Positions 38,439 through 48,838 of a stretch of 64,000 nucleotides of DNA are shown here, in pieces; position 1 is the stretch's first letter, and each line of letters opens with the position of its first letter. The notes beneath the pieces were generated by a model that worked only from the letters and a program-made list of their open reading frames with translations, ran no database searches and was not told the DNA's origin. The DNA comes from Myxococcota bacterium. GTDB lineage: Bacteria; Myxococcota_A; SURF-8. The DNA lies in assembly GCA_965140415.1 (NCBI GenBank), contig OZ223209.1:2848001-2912000 (forward strand), given 5' to 3'. The position numbers were made by a program, and so were the translations under genes.

Positions 38439-41400
38439 TTACCGACTGCTACAGTCGACAGCATCATCAAAGTAATCGTCAGGGAATTCGATTTCACAGA
38501 ATTCGTTGCAATTTCCGTCGTTCTGCAATCCGCAGGGGTCGTCCGCCGAACAACTGCAATTGGTGTAGATGCGTTGTTCGCAGTGGTCCTGGGCTACCTG
38601 ATCGCAATCGTACACACAGCGGCAGGTTTCATTTTCATACCCAGGAGTTGTGTATTCATGACAAACACCCGACAGAGCTTCGCTTACATCGATGCAATAA
38701 CGATTGCAGTCCGCGGCTTTTAACGTGTTCGTGGTTTGGTAGCAATAACAGAGATCCAAGGCATCCATGCAACCGAATGGCGGATTTTCAATGTCACAAG
38801 GACCGGCACAGCCGGTGATTGTGCCTAAATCAGCCTCGAAGGTGAACAGCCCCATGGAGGTTTCGTAAACACCATCGACAATGAGATACACGGTTTGAGC
38901 GCTACCGGTTTCGTTGATGTAATTGATGCGACTGGAGGATGCGGAGATGCAAGTGTCCATATCCGCAGGATCCGTTATCAGCACCAGCCTTGGCCCGAAG
39001 CTGACAGCCGATGTCAAAGCCGCAGCGAAGAAATCTCCACTTTGCAGATCTGCACGATAAACGACATCCGGTCCGATCAGTTCGCTGGATGCACAGCCAT
39101 CGGCACCTGGATCGTAATCGTTGGTTGCTCCGATCGTACTACCTTCGTAAACGCCGGGGCTGTCTATCAGCAGAGCCGTTTCTGCCGTGTTGTTACTTGG
39201 GGCAGTAATCGCTTCGTAAGCAATGTTCAAAGTAAAGGTCGTATCCTCGTTTGGATCGAGAAGGAACGTGTCCACGATCAGGAACGCCGAAAGCAACTCA
39301 TCGGATTCATTAGCGTAGATGAATTGCTCGATACCTGCTTCATAGTTGGTGTCTGCTCCTGCCAGGCAGCTGTCGTTCGCAGCGGAGCAATCTGTTACCA
39401 GATAAATCTGGGAGTCGAAGGGCGCATCGATGATTACCTTAATTGTATGATTTGCAGGAACCTCGACCGAGTAAGCCAAGTCTTTCCCCATGGCTCCCCA
39501 GCCTGTGCAATTGGCAGCGGTGTAATTAGCGCCTGCCCCGCTGAAGTCAAGATCGTGCTCCCCAGCAGCTAACGTGTCTGCACCCGCGCAAGTGCTATTT
39601 TGGGCTAGATTGTAGCGGTCAACATAGAGCAGGAACGGATCGTCGGACAGTCCCACCACATAAGGCGACTGGGTGACCTCGATGTAAACGTCCTGCTCTT
39701 GTTCCGGCTGGTAGCCAATCAACACCGAGAAGTAGTTTCCTCCGTTCGAGCTGATGTCATCGTTGATCCAGCCTTCGATTTCGTTGCCGAAGCGATCCAG
39801 AAGGCGAACGATTGTATCCGCCGCAGTGTCGCAGAAAGGCATAGTACGCACATCCAGTCCTTGTGTAGGACTTACATGGATCTTGAACAGATCGATGTCC
39901 GGGTGCCCTTCTTGCGGGGTAAAGACTTCCGATATTGTAGTTGGGAAATCGTTCAGTTCCATCGCTGAAAGCAGATCGTTGTTGGGTTCTATTTCCATGC
40001 CGTCGATTTCCGGGGATAAATCACAGTAGCCGCCGGAGCAAACCAGCATGTCACATCCGCAATCCGCATCGGAAGAGCAGTTACCCGTTTGGCAGAAGCC
40101 ATTCTGGCAGATGCCACTACCGCAATCCGCCTGTTCTGTACAGGGGTTACCATCCGGCTGGCTTTGTTGGCAATAGCCGTCTTCATTGCATGTTGAGGGT
40201 AGGCTACAAGCGCCGGTTACAGGCAGACAAAGTTTATCGTATCCGTTAATGTTGTAGCAGCGTGTACCGGTGGGACACACTTTATTGAAGTAGCCGCAAT
40301 CCAACGCACAGAAACTGTTGCCGTCTATGCCGGTGACGCATTGATTGAATCCCCAGCCTTCAGCGTTGCATTCGTAATCGAAGTTATCGGGGTCACAAGG
40401 GGTGCACATTCCAGCTTCCTGTGGTTCGATCAGGACCGATCCTTCGCAATGAGTGGCGTTATCGCAGGTGGTGGTGCATTCACCATTTATACATTGACCG
40501 GTTTCACAGTCGATGTCGTTGCGGCAGTAACCGAATAGGTAACGTTGATTCTGGAAGCTCAATACACAGCGATTGTCGAAGCAGGACATACCATCCGGGC
40601 ACTGATCGTCGCTCTGGCAGGCATCGCTACAGTAAGTGACTTGGAAATTGGGGTCAGGGTAGCATTCTCCGCTGCATTGTTCTTGTGATTCACAGTAATC
40701 CATGCAGCTGTTCCAATAGCAGTATAATCCCTCTTCACATTCCAGTGTGGCGTTGCAGTACGCGCCGACCGGCTTGATGTGAACCTTTGCAGAGGGGACG
40801 CAAGAAGAAACATTGTCTTCCTCCAGGCACTCTCCGCTTGAGCAGGTCGCACTTTCACAGTCGTCAGTGCAGATCATTTCCCCCAGAACCTCGCGGCACA
40901 GCCCTGAAGTACATTGCCAGTCGCCGACACAAGCCTGACCAAAGCCGAGGTTCATGTCTACATCGCGAGTGCATACGCCGGTGTCTGGGTTCGCCATCAT
41001 ACCGAAGACGCAACTCATGCCCGCAGGGCAGGTATCCACTCCAGCAAATACCCAACATTGGCCGGAGCAGTAATTGTTCAGACAGTATCGGCTATTGCAA
41101 TCCGCGCCGCTGGCACAAACCTGGTTCATGGTATTGCTGCCTTGGGGAACGCAAATATACCCGAATTCACCGGATTCCAGGCATTTTCCGCAGCCTTCAC
41201 ATAACAGATCGCTGCCACCGATTCCGGCAACTTCACAATTTTTGGTGCAGAAACGATAGCTGCCATATGCCAGGCAGGAACCTTCGGTACAGTCCGCATC
41301 ACTGTTGCAAACGTTAAACAGACCTAAACTACTGTCGCCAGGCAGGGTGTCATCGATCAGGATCGGACGGCAGATTTTCCCGATGTCCAGACCGCCCCAG

Positions 41401-42206
41401 GCGCAGGCCATGTTTTCGGGGCAAGCCGGCATATCTTCGCCGCAGCGCTGGGCGCAGAAAGTGTTCCAGTCGTTATTCAAATCGATACACAGTCCGCTTT
41501 CGCATTCACTATCGTAATTACAGGGATAATTGGTAAGTTGGTCGTAGGTGCGATGGTCACAGACTCCGAAACCGTAACAGGTTTCAGCCAAACACATGCC
41601 GCTTCCCTCTAATCCGTCAACGAATTCACAGGCATAGTCGTCTGGGGCGGGCTCGTAGGAACACTGGCCCGTTTGAGGATCGCAGACGCCGGGTAAGGTG
41701 CAAGGATCGCCCTCAGAGCAAACTACCGGTTCAATTCCAGTGCAGGTTCCTAACTCGCACTGTCCATTCTGCTGACACAAATCGCCTTCATGGCAAACTA
41801 GACCTTCATTGATGGGTAGGCATCCATCGCAGCAGTCGTTGACTACGGAACAGGTGCATTGTACGACTTCATCGATTTCCTCATCCCCATCAACAATTAT
41901 GTCACCATCGGGAATGTCACCATCGGGAGTATCTCCATCTATAATATCGCCGTCTGGAGTGTCACCATCCGTTTTGTCACCGTCCACGGATTGATCGCCA
42001 TCGGAATTGTCTCCATCTGTCTGATCACCATCTGGCGTATCGCCATCGGCAGGGGTATCCTGGTCACCATTAGAGGTGTCGCCATCGATAATGATGTCAC
42101 CATCGTTTTGATCGCCGTCGGGGGTGTTGTCATCACTGCCGGAGCACCCCGCAAATGTGATCAAAAACAATAGGAGGGTGATAGACGTCAAAAAAGTATA
42201 ACGCAT
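38439..42206 (-). CDS. Large DGD-repeat, Cys-rich lipoprotein with PPC-like beta-sandwich domains
   Basis: TFAG-C lipobox, about 13 DGD motifs, many C..D.DC..G.C modules, EIEPNND...DIDLF...DTIVRLLD segment. Confidence 0.85.
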   Translation of the reverse strand: MRYTFLTSITLLLFLITFAGCSGSDDNTPDGDQNDGDIIIDGDTSNGDQDTPADGDTPDGDQTDGDNSDGDQSVDGDKTDGDTPDGDIIDGDTPDGDIPDGDIIVDGDEEIDEVVQCTCSVVNDCCDGCLPINEGLVCHEGDLCQQNGQCELGTCTGIEPVVCSEGDPCTLPGVCDPQTGQCSYEPAPDDYACEFVDGLEGSGMCLAETCYGFGVCDHRTYDQLTNYPCNYDSECESGLCIDLNNDWNTFCAQRCGEDMPACPENMACAWGGLDIGKICRPILIDDTLPGDSSLGLFNVCNSDADCTEGSCLAYGSYRFCTKNCEVAGIGGSDLLCEGCGKCLESGEFGYICVPQGSNTMNQVCASGADCNSRYCLNNYCSGQCWVFAGVDTCPAGMSCVFGMMANPDTGVCTRDVDMNLGFGQACVGDWQCTSGLCREVLGEMICTDDCESATCSSGECLEEDNVSSCVPSAKVHIKPVGAYCNATLECEEGLYCYWNSCMDYCESQEQCSGECYPDPNFQVTYCSDACQSDDQCPDGMSCFDNRCVLSFQNQRYLFGYCRNDIDCETGQCINGECTTTCDNATHCEGSVLIEPQEAGMCTPCDPDNFDYECNAEGWGFNQCVTGIDGNSFCALDCGYFNKVCPTGTRCYNINGYDKLCLPVTGACSLPSTCNEDGYCQQSQPDGNPCTEQADCGSGICQNGFCQTGNCSSDADCGCDMLVCSGGYCDLSPEIDGMEIEPNNDLLSAMELNDFPTTISEVFTPQEGHPDIDLFKIHVSPTQGLDVRTMPFCDTAADTIVRLLDRFGNEIEGWINDDISSNGGNYFSVLIGYQPEQEQDVYIEVTQSPYVVGLSDDPFLLYVDRYNLAQNSTCAGADTLAAGEHDLDFSGAGANYTAANCTGWGAMGKDLAYSVEVPANHTIKVIIDAPFDSQIYLVTDCSAANDSCLAGADTNYEAGIEQFIYANESDELLSAFLIVDTFLLDPNEDTTFTLNIAYEAITAPSNNTAETALLIDSPGVYEGSTIGATNDYDPGADGCASSELIGPDVVYRADLQSGDFFAAALTSAVSFGPRLVLITDPADMDTCISASSSRINYINETGSAQTVYLIVDGVYETSMGLFTFEADLGTITGCAGPCDIENPPFGCMDALDLCYCYQTTNTLKAADCNRYCIDVSEALSGVCHEYTTPGYENETCRCVYDCDQVAQDHCEQRIYTNCSCSADDPCGLQNDGNCNEFCEIEFPDDYFDDAVDCSSR

Positions 42207-42379
42207 GGATCGATCCTTTCCTGGTCGAGCTGGAAAACCGTGGCGGTACGTTCCAAATTAGCAATTCAATACGATAGCTTTATATCAGAAAGTGAAGATT
42301 CATAGAAACGAAAAGTTAACATTTAATAGAGAGATATGCAGATTTTAGCGAGTGTGTGAGTTGTACTGTATTGAGGATT

Positions 42380-45300
42380 TCAGATACGCTTGGCATTCGA
42401 TTCGTCGATCAGGCGGTAGCCCTCGAGAAGCAGACTTTCCGTAGGAAGATAGATCTCGGCTTTGGGCAGGGGGGCATGCCCATCGAAATGGAAATTTCCT
42501 TCAGTCCAGGTTAGCAAGTCGTAAAAAGCTTTTTCACCCATGGAATCCTGATAGATACATTGGATAATAGCCCCATTTTTGAAAAACAGGCTGGCTTGGC
42601 TTTGTTGTTGTTCGAACATCAATGCTCCGCTTTTTTTAGTAGCGGAGAGTAATTGAATGATGTCGGCCATCGCGACTTCGGAGAGATCTCCGGATAGAGC
42701 GGCTTCACTACGGGGAGAGATCGGGGCCTTGGGTAAATGGTTTGGCCTGTTGCTACGGCTGCTCATGATCAAACGCTCCAGTTTTGCATCGATAGCATAG
42801 GCCCGCAATGGCGGTAACAGGACATCATCACAACCGACACTGAAAACATGTTTTACAATCTCTTCAGATAATTCATTGGGAGAATAGAATACGATAGGAA
42901 TAAAAGACGTGTCCGGATAGGATTTCAGCAAGGAGTAAAGTTCCCATTGGCTTTTTTGTTTAGGTACGTCAGAGAGAATCAGGTCCACATCATACATTTC
43001 CAGAGAGTGGATCGCTTCTTCCTGGCTGGATACGGTGATGACGGCAATGTCCAAATCATGCAAAAGCAGTGGTAGGACATCTCTGTCATTGATTCCTAGC
43101 CAGAGATACAAAGCCATGGGACGAGACTCTTTTACCAGTGTGACAGGCGGGCTTTCAACCTGTTGTTGAACCAAAGGTGTTGGTCTGTCGGGAGTGGACA
43201 GTTCAACAACATCTGCATTGTTTTCCTGCTTGTGCGGCGTTTCTTTACGCTCTCTATTCGATGATTGGTTAAGGTGTTCTGTGGAAGCTGTTGGTATTCC
43301 TTCACTTATTCGCTTGGCAGAAGATGTGGTATCTTCTTGGGCCGGGTCAAGAGGTTTGGGCTTGACCGTTACTGGATCGATACTGAGTTCCATTTTTATC
43401 GTATTGGTTGTTTCAATAGGTAAATCATGGATCAACCTTAGATTTCCGCGGCGCAGGTATACCCGGTGAGAACCGGTGGGAAGCAAAAAATGCTGGGTTT
43501 CATCTCGCAGCATTTGTCTTCGAGTCAGTGGGTCGCCATCGATTTCGATTTGAGCGAAGTCTCCTCTTGTTCTGGCATTAGCCCCTATTGCTTCTGTAAG
43601 TGGTTGATTCCATTTCGGTCGAATGCTTACAAGTGCTTGCTTGAGCTTGATGGCCCGATTGACTCTTGCACCGCTATATGGATCAACAGAAAGCAAAATA
43701 TGATTTTCTTCACTGCCTATCAGTTTTCTCGTGCGTGCATCTAGTATCAGGGTGAGAATCGTGAGGTGATGTTTACCCGCTGATACGTGAGGGATGACAA
43801 GTTGTCCGCTTACGCTCGCTGCCGTCCGGGTCGCTCTGCGTTTGAAGAAACGAACCAATTGCCGATCGATATCGACAGCTTTGAATAAGTCCTGCTGACT
43901 GTATAGGGATGATACATTCAAGGAATGCCGCGATTTGGCACGTGAAAGTTGAATTACGAAAATTGCAGACAAAGGTGGACGATCGAATTGGAGATCAATA
44001 TGTACTGGCCCTTTGCGACGATACGAGAAGAGTACAACAACAAGTAGAATGAATATCGATATCAAGCCAAAGGCAAGGTGATTTCGCTTCAATAACTGAT
44101 CGCGTCGAGTGACGAGTAAGACTTGTGCTTCTAAAACACTCTCATCCTGCTCTTCTTGAATGTAGCTGTATATGTGAAGGGTGAAGTCATCGTCCGCGCC
44201 GTCGATGCGTTTTTCACGTTGCAGGGAGAGGCCAACGGCTGCGTCTAGATTGAATTTCGCTGCAAAATCACGCAATATTTCCAGATTTGAAGGGGACGAA
44301 TGTTGTTGTTTGGCATGTTCTTTGAGATAAGTTTCGAACCTCGGCGAAATCTGAACGCTGGCGTTATGATCTAGAATTCGTTTTAAATCGTCCCATACCG
44401 GGGTAACATTCAGGTTAGTGAAAGCTAGTAAAGAAAGAATTCCATCCTGAGATTCTCCATTTGCAGCTTTGTTATAATCGAACAATCCTATAGTCTCCCC
44501 GTCGCGAGGTAAAATGTCTGCGATATCCAGTATTTCGGGAAAGTTCAGGCTTTTAGTTGGAATAGGGGGGCGTTTAAGAATTTGCTTTGGGGGTTCCGGG
44601 AGCGATTCAAAGAAAGCTGCTCGATCCGGAGCTACAGCTTTTAGTTGCTCAATTGTACGCTTGAGCTTATTCCTATCATGTAGTTTCCATGAAAGATCGG
44701 CCTGCATTGCCAGAGCTTCCACATGATCAGGGTATGTTTTTAAAAGCGCTTGCAGTGTTCTTTTCGCTAAACGCATCTCACCACAGGCGATTTGGAGTCG
44801 GGCATGTTCAAGTTGCCACTTTTCAGCGTTCGGTTCTAATTCCAATATCTTCTGAAACGTGTTCAATGCCAGGTTTAAATTGCCGTCTTGAAGCAAGATC
44901 CACACAAGCCCGATTCGGGCTGGAAGATTCTGGGGTTCCCGATCCACGATATGCTTATAAAGATATTGAGCTTTGCGTAAGGACCGCTTATCCTGGGCAA
45001 GGTAATTTGCGGCTTGCAATTGAATAGCGAAATCGTTTGGTGCGATTTCCGCAGCACTTTCGAAATAGTTGATTGCTTGGGGAACATCTCCCTGGGCTTG
45101 TGAAATTTGAGCTAGAGTCAAAAGAATGGATCGGTTGGCACGATCTTTCAAGGGAGATAAAATTTCGGATAGATATTCAAGTTGCTTTTTATCAAGCAAG
45201 GCAATCTTAAGTCGATCAAGCAGGTCGAGATTTAACCTACGTTTAATAGCTTTCATATAGCACCGATTTGATTGAACAAAATCGCGCAACTCGAAATACA

Positions 45301-46423
45301 AGTCACCTGCTTGAGAATAAAGCTTGGAGGAGTTCTTGCGGTTTCTTGTTGAGGCGAGGTGCTCTAAAATATCTGGCCGGGTCGTACCGAGTTGAACCGC
45401 TTTTTTCCAGGCTCTGGTAAGTTTATAGGATTGTTTTTGCTTAAGGTAAAAATCACCTTTCAATGCGTAATAATCAGCGGAAGAAGAGTAAATCCGTTCC
45501 CCTTTGTCAAAAAATTGCTGTGCCTCTTCAAGTCGTTGGTTTCGTAATAGCCATGATGCATAATCTAAACAAAGCATCGCGCTGCTTTTGGATGGACAAT
45601 TCAATTTGCTGTATGACCTATTGGCTTGTTCCTCATTGTCAGTCAGATCGTACAACATCGTCGATGCTTCGAGTTGTTGAGCTTTGTTGGAAATCTCAGT
45701 GATGAGGTGCTCAAGTTCTACGACATTGGGAATAGAAGTCTGGGGAATATTTCCTGCTAAGCGGCGAGTGTTTGTTAAAATATTCAAACCTTCGAGGGCA
45801 TTGCCTTCCGATAACTGTTTCCAGCCTCTTCCAATCGCCTCGGCGATACCGGTGCCGTAAGATTCCGCGTCAGGAACATTCTTCTTGGTTTTAGTCTCTC
45901 CATAAATGTCGATCAATCCTTGTGTACTACGAGCCACAAGTGCACCCACATCTCCGTTTGTTTGCGTGATTTCAATCGCTTTGTTTTGAGATGGGTTTAC
46001 CTGATCATAGTTGCGTATCACTAAGGAAATTGAATCTCCTTTTTGTTTGAGCCAGCCCAGAGCGGTCCGGTTTGCATGTGTGGTCAATGTTAAATATGGG
46101 AGGTCTTGTACGAGGATTCGCTGCTTGGGTTTTAATATGTTTCCTTTGCGGGCTTGAATAAGAATTTCATGTAAAGGGACACATGAAATACCATGTTTTT
46201 GCAGTCTGTCTTGTAATAATAAGTTGATTCCGTTTTTAAGAAAATCGATTTCAGTGTCGGCCATCAGATAGAGCACAAGCTGAATCGAGTTTGCTTGGGA
46301 GGATGTGGCTTTCGGCGTTTGCGCCTGAACTGGTGTTGTGTGCACTAGCAGTGATACCATAATGAGAATAGAATAAAAATAGAAAACACAATGGGTTGCG
46401 ATTGGCTTGGTAATGGTTGTCAT
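42380..46423 (-). CDS. Membrane protein: TPR region, TM helix, receiver-like domain and C-terminal DUF4388 (PatA-N-like) domain
   Basis: TPR-like repeats, hydrophobic segment LAFGLISIFILLVVVLFSYRRK, VDLILSD receiver, LSGDLSEV...DIIQLL...KSGAL...W.EG.F.F...LLLEG. Start uncertain; the ORF extends to 46588. Confidence 0.78.
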   Translation of the reverse strand: MTTITKPIATHCVFYFYSILIMVSLLVHTTPVQAQTPKATSSQANSIQLVLYLMADTEIDFLKNGINLLLQDRLQKHGISCVPLHEILIQARKGNILKPKQRILVQDLPYLTLTTHANRTALGWLKQKGDSISLVIRNYDQVNPSQNKAIEITQTNGDVGALVARSTQGLIDIYGETKTKKNVPDAESYGTGIAEAIGRGWKQLSEGNALEGLNILTNTRRLAGNIPQTSIPNVVELEHLITEISNKAQQLEASTMLYDLTDNEEQANRSYSKLNCPSKSSAMLCLDYASWLLRNQRLEEAQQFFDKGERIYSSSADYYALKGDFYLKQKQSYKLTRAWKKAVQLGTTRPDILEHLASTRNRKNSSKLYSQAGDLYFELRDFVQSNRCYMKAIKRRLNLDLLDRLKIALLDKKQLEYLSEILSPLKDRANRSILLTLAQISQAQGDVPQAINYFESAAEIAPNDFAIQLQAANYLAQDKRSLRKAQYLYKHIVDREPQNLPARIGLVWILLQDGNLNLALNTFQKILELEPNAEKWQLEHARLQIACGEMRLAKRTLQALLKTYPDHVEALAMQADLSWKLHDRNKLKRTIEQLKAVAPDRAAFFESLPEPPKQILKRPPIPTKSLNFPEILDIADILPRDGETIGLFDYNKAANGESQDGILSLLAFTNLNVTPVWDDLKRILDHNASVQISPRFETYLKEHAKQQHSSPSNLEILRDFAAKFNLDAAVGLSLQREKRIDGADDDFTLHIYSYIQEEQDESVLEAQVLLVTRRDQLLKRNHLAFGLISIFILLVVVLFSYRRKGPVHIDLQFDRPPLSAIFVIQLSRAKSRHSLNVSSLYSQQDLFKAVDIDRQLVRFFKRRATRTAASVSGQLVIPHVSAGKHHLTILTLILDARTRKLIGSEENHILLSVDPYSGARVNRAIKLKQALVSIRPKWNQPLTEAIGANARTRGDFAQIEIDGDPLTRRQMLRDETQHFLLPTGSHRVYLRRGNLRLIHDLPIETTNTIKMELSIDPVTVKPKPLDPAQEDTTSSAKRISEGIPTASTEHLNQSSNRERKETPHKQENNADVVELSTPDRPTPLVQQQVESPPVTLVKESRPMALYLWLGINDRDVLPLLLHDLDIAVITVSSQEEAIHSLEMYDVDLILSDVPKQKSQWELYSLLKSYPDTSFIPIVFYSPNELSEEIVKHVFSVGCDDVLLPPLRAYAIDAKLERLIMSSRSNRPNHLPKAPISPRSEAALSGDLSEVAMADIIQLLSATKKSGALMFEQQQSQASLFFKNGAIIQCIYQDSMGEKAFYDLLTWTEGNFHFDGHAPLPKAEIYLPTESLLLEGYRLIDESNAKRI

Positions 46424-46730
46424 TCGCTCACTTAGTCGAAACAGACCAATCCTGAAAGACATGGCTCTGGCTTTATATCGGTCCCGTTCCATCGGTGGTA
46501 ATCGTTTCCTAAAAAGAGAATCGTGTTCTTTTTCTACGACTTCAGTGCTGCAATACGGCCCCTTCAAAATGTAATCGATACAATCCAAAAGTTACGTTAT
46601 GCTAATACATCATTGAATGTCAAGACAATGCGGACGGCTTGTTCTCATTCTAAAGCGGATCTCCATCAAACTCGGATTTGGTTTGTTGTGTTGCAAGCTG
46701 CGCTAACGTACCACTTTCGGTAATGCGAGT

Positions 46731-46759
46731 TTGACAAATGATTCATCATTGAATACAAT
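46731..46759 (+). promoter_or_regulatory. Sigma70-type promoter
   Basis: TTGACA-N17-TACAAT, 63 nt upstream of the ATG at 46822. Confidence 0.75.
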
Positions 46760-46821
46760 TACTTTCGCTGATTCAGAAAAATCGTGATCGTTGTGGCCCC
46801 AACCTAAAAAAGGGGAATGCG

Positions 46822-48828
46822 ATGAAGGTTTGTTTTTTCCTTCTGTGGATGGTGTTTTCTCTTTCGATAGTCAATGCCGAGGAAATCTCGAAAGAAGCGG
46901 ATTTTGCCGAGATTTTTAACGAGGCTTCGGTCCCTGCTTCTTCGGAAACGATAACAGAAAGCCAAAAGGAGAAGCAGGGGACGCTTTCGGAAACTCCTCC
47001 TGTTTCAATTGAGCAGGAGGGGGGGGCCGTCCCGGATTCTTCTGATTCTGGTGAAAGAGAATCTAATCCGTCGATTGGTAAAACAGAAGTTCTTCCAGCT
47101 AAACCGGAATCTGCCGCAGTGAAAGAAGTTGAACCCTCTAGGGATATGACTGGTTCTGAAGAAACATCCGATTCCCTGTTGATTACGCCTGGCAGTATCG
47201 AGGATGTCTTTTTTAATGAGATGCTGGCGCCACGCGGGAAACCGCGCAAACCCTTGGTTCTGACCGATGGAGGATTTTTATTCGATCTTTCCGCAGAATA
47301 TCGATTCCGTACCATTTATATCAAGCCGCTGGAACTGAGCGGAAAAGATGCAGCGGAAGTTCTGTATGGAGTGCAGCGCGGGCGTACCAAGTGGACAATG
47401 GGATATAAGGACTACGTCAAGCTCGTTACCGAGTTGGATCTTGTTGCTGGAGCGTTGTTTGGTGACAATGGGAAACTGACAGGAGACGCTCCTTATCCGA
47501 ACGATGGCATGAGTACCACGGCCAGAACCCCGAACAATGCAGGAATCGGTATGGGATTAAAACCCGGTGAAGATCCACTGGAGGCCGATTCCTACACCTA
47601 TGACCTGGTTCCTATTGATCCTGTCAACATTCGCAGGATCTGGGGAGAGGTTTCATTGATGGCTCTGGTCCTTCGTGTAGGGCGTCAACCGGCCAGTGAT
47701 GGACGTGGCATCCTTCTAAATAACGGCGACAACGACGACAATCGCTTCGGAGTCTGTGGTAGTGGCCAAACGGCGGACCGGATTTCGTTGGGCACAAAGC
47801 CTCTGGAAATTGCCAAAGCCATTTCTGCACACTCCGCGTCTGCGGCGGATACGCGGGAGGATCGTGGTTTTTTCATTGGATTTGCATACGATCATCTTGT
47901 CTACGACAATATTGCTTCCACTGCCGATGATGCCCGTCAGTTTGGAGGATCCATCTACTATTTACAGCCGGAATTTACTCTTGGAAATGTTTCCGGTGGT
48001 GATTTGAAACTTTCATACCAAGTTGCGTATCGATACAGCAAGGCGGTTGATCTGAAATTGCTAATCAACGTATTGGAATTGAAGGTGCGATTGGCCGATT
48101 TTCATTTCGAAGCGCAGGCGGCGGTCACGTCCGGAGAAACGCGCGAAATCTCGGATGCCCTCAGTTTGATCCGACAACGAACACCTACAAAGCAGGATGT
48201 ACTGGGCTGGGGTATGTTCATGATTGCCGATTACGATGTCGGTCCCGTCACGTTCACGTTGGAATTTGATTATGCCACAGGCGATTCGGACCCACGTCCC
48301 GACAATACCGTGAAAAACTTCTATTTTTCCGAGGATACACAAGTCGGTTTGTTGTTGTTCCCTCACGTATTGGCCTATGAAACTGCGCGTTCTGCGGCCG
48401 CAGCGACAGCCAATTTAAAAGGACTGGGCGCGGATAGTCTACCCAGTACACGAATGGCGACCAAGGGTGCCGTCCACAACGCCATCATCTTCTTCCCTCA
48501 ATTGACTTACAACATTACGGAAACGATCTTTTTGCGGGGAGGTGTATTGGCTGCCTGGACTCAGGAACCGCTTGTCGATCCATACTCCACGTTGAGGCGG
48601 GAGGATGGCGAGCGTATCGATGATGATGCCATCAATTATCACGGTGGAAAGCCGGGGGACTATTACGGTACGGAATTCGATTTGCGTCTGTCGATCAAGT
48701 TGTGGCGTGAGTACTTTCTTTTCGATTTAGAAGGTGCGTTGCTACTGCCGGGTGATGCGCTATACGATATCAATGGCGATGCGGCGATGAGTGGTCTGAT
48801 TGAGGGCCGTATTACGTTCCGTTTCTAG
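46822..48828 (+). CDS. Putative outer-membrane beta-barrel protein
   Basis: Signal peptide, disordered acidic N-terminus, alternating aromatic strands, LRVGRQ, YATGD, YGTEFD, terminal RITFRF. Confidence 0.75.
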   Translation: MKVCFFLLWMVFSLSIVNAEEISKEADFAEIFNEASVPASSETITESQKEKQGTLSETPPVSIEQEGGAVPDSSDSGERESNPSIGKTEVLPAKPESAAVKEVEPSRDMTGSEETSDSLLITPGSIEDVFFNEMLAPRGKPRKPLVLTDGGFLFDLSAEYRFRTIYIKPLELSGKDAAEVLYGVQRGRTKWTMGYKDYVKLVTELDLVAGALFGDNGKLTGDAPYPNDGMSTTARTPNNAGIGMGLKPGEDPLEADSYTYDLVPIDPVNIRRIWGEVSLMALVLRVGRQPASDGRGILLNNGDNDDNRFGVCGSGQTADRISLGTKPLEIAKAISAHSASAADTREDRGFFIGFAYDHLVYDNIASTADDARQFGGSIYYLQPEFTLGNVSGGDLKLSYQVAYRYSKAVDLKLLINVLELKVRLADFHFEAQAAVTSGETREISDALSLIRQRTPTKQDVLGWGMFMIADYDVGPVTFTLEFDYATGDSDPRPDNTVKNFYFSEDTQVGLLLFPHVLAYETARSAAAATANLKGLGADSLPSTRMATKGAVHNAIIFFPQLTYNITETIFLRGGVLAAWTQEPLVDPYSTLRREDGERIDDDAINYHGGKPGDYYGTEFDLRLSIKLWREYFLFDLEGALLLPGDALYDINGDAAMSGLIEGRITFRF

Positions 48829-48838
48829 GAGTATACCC

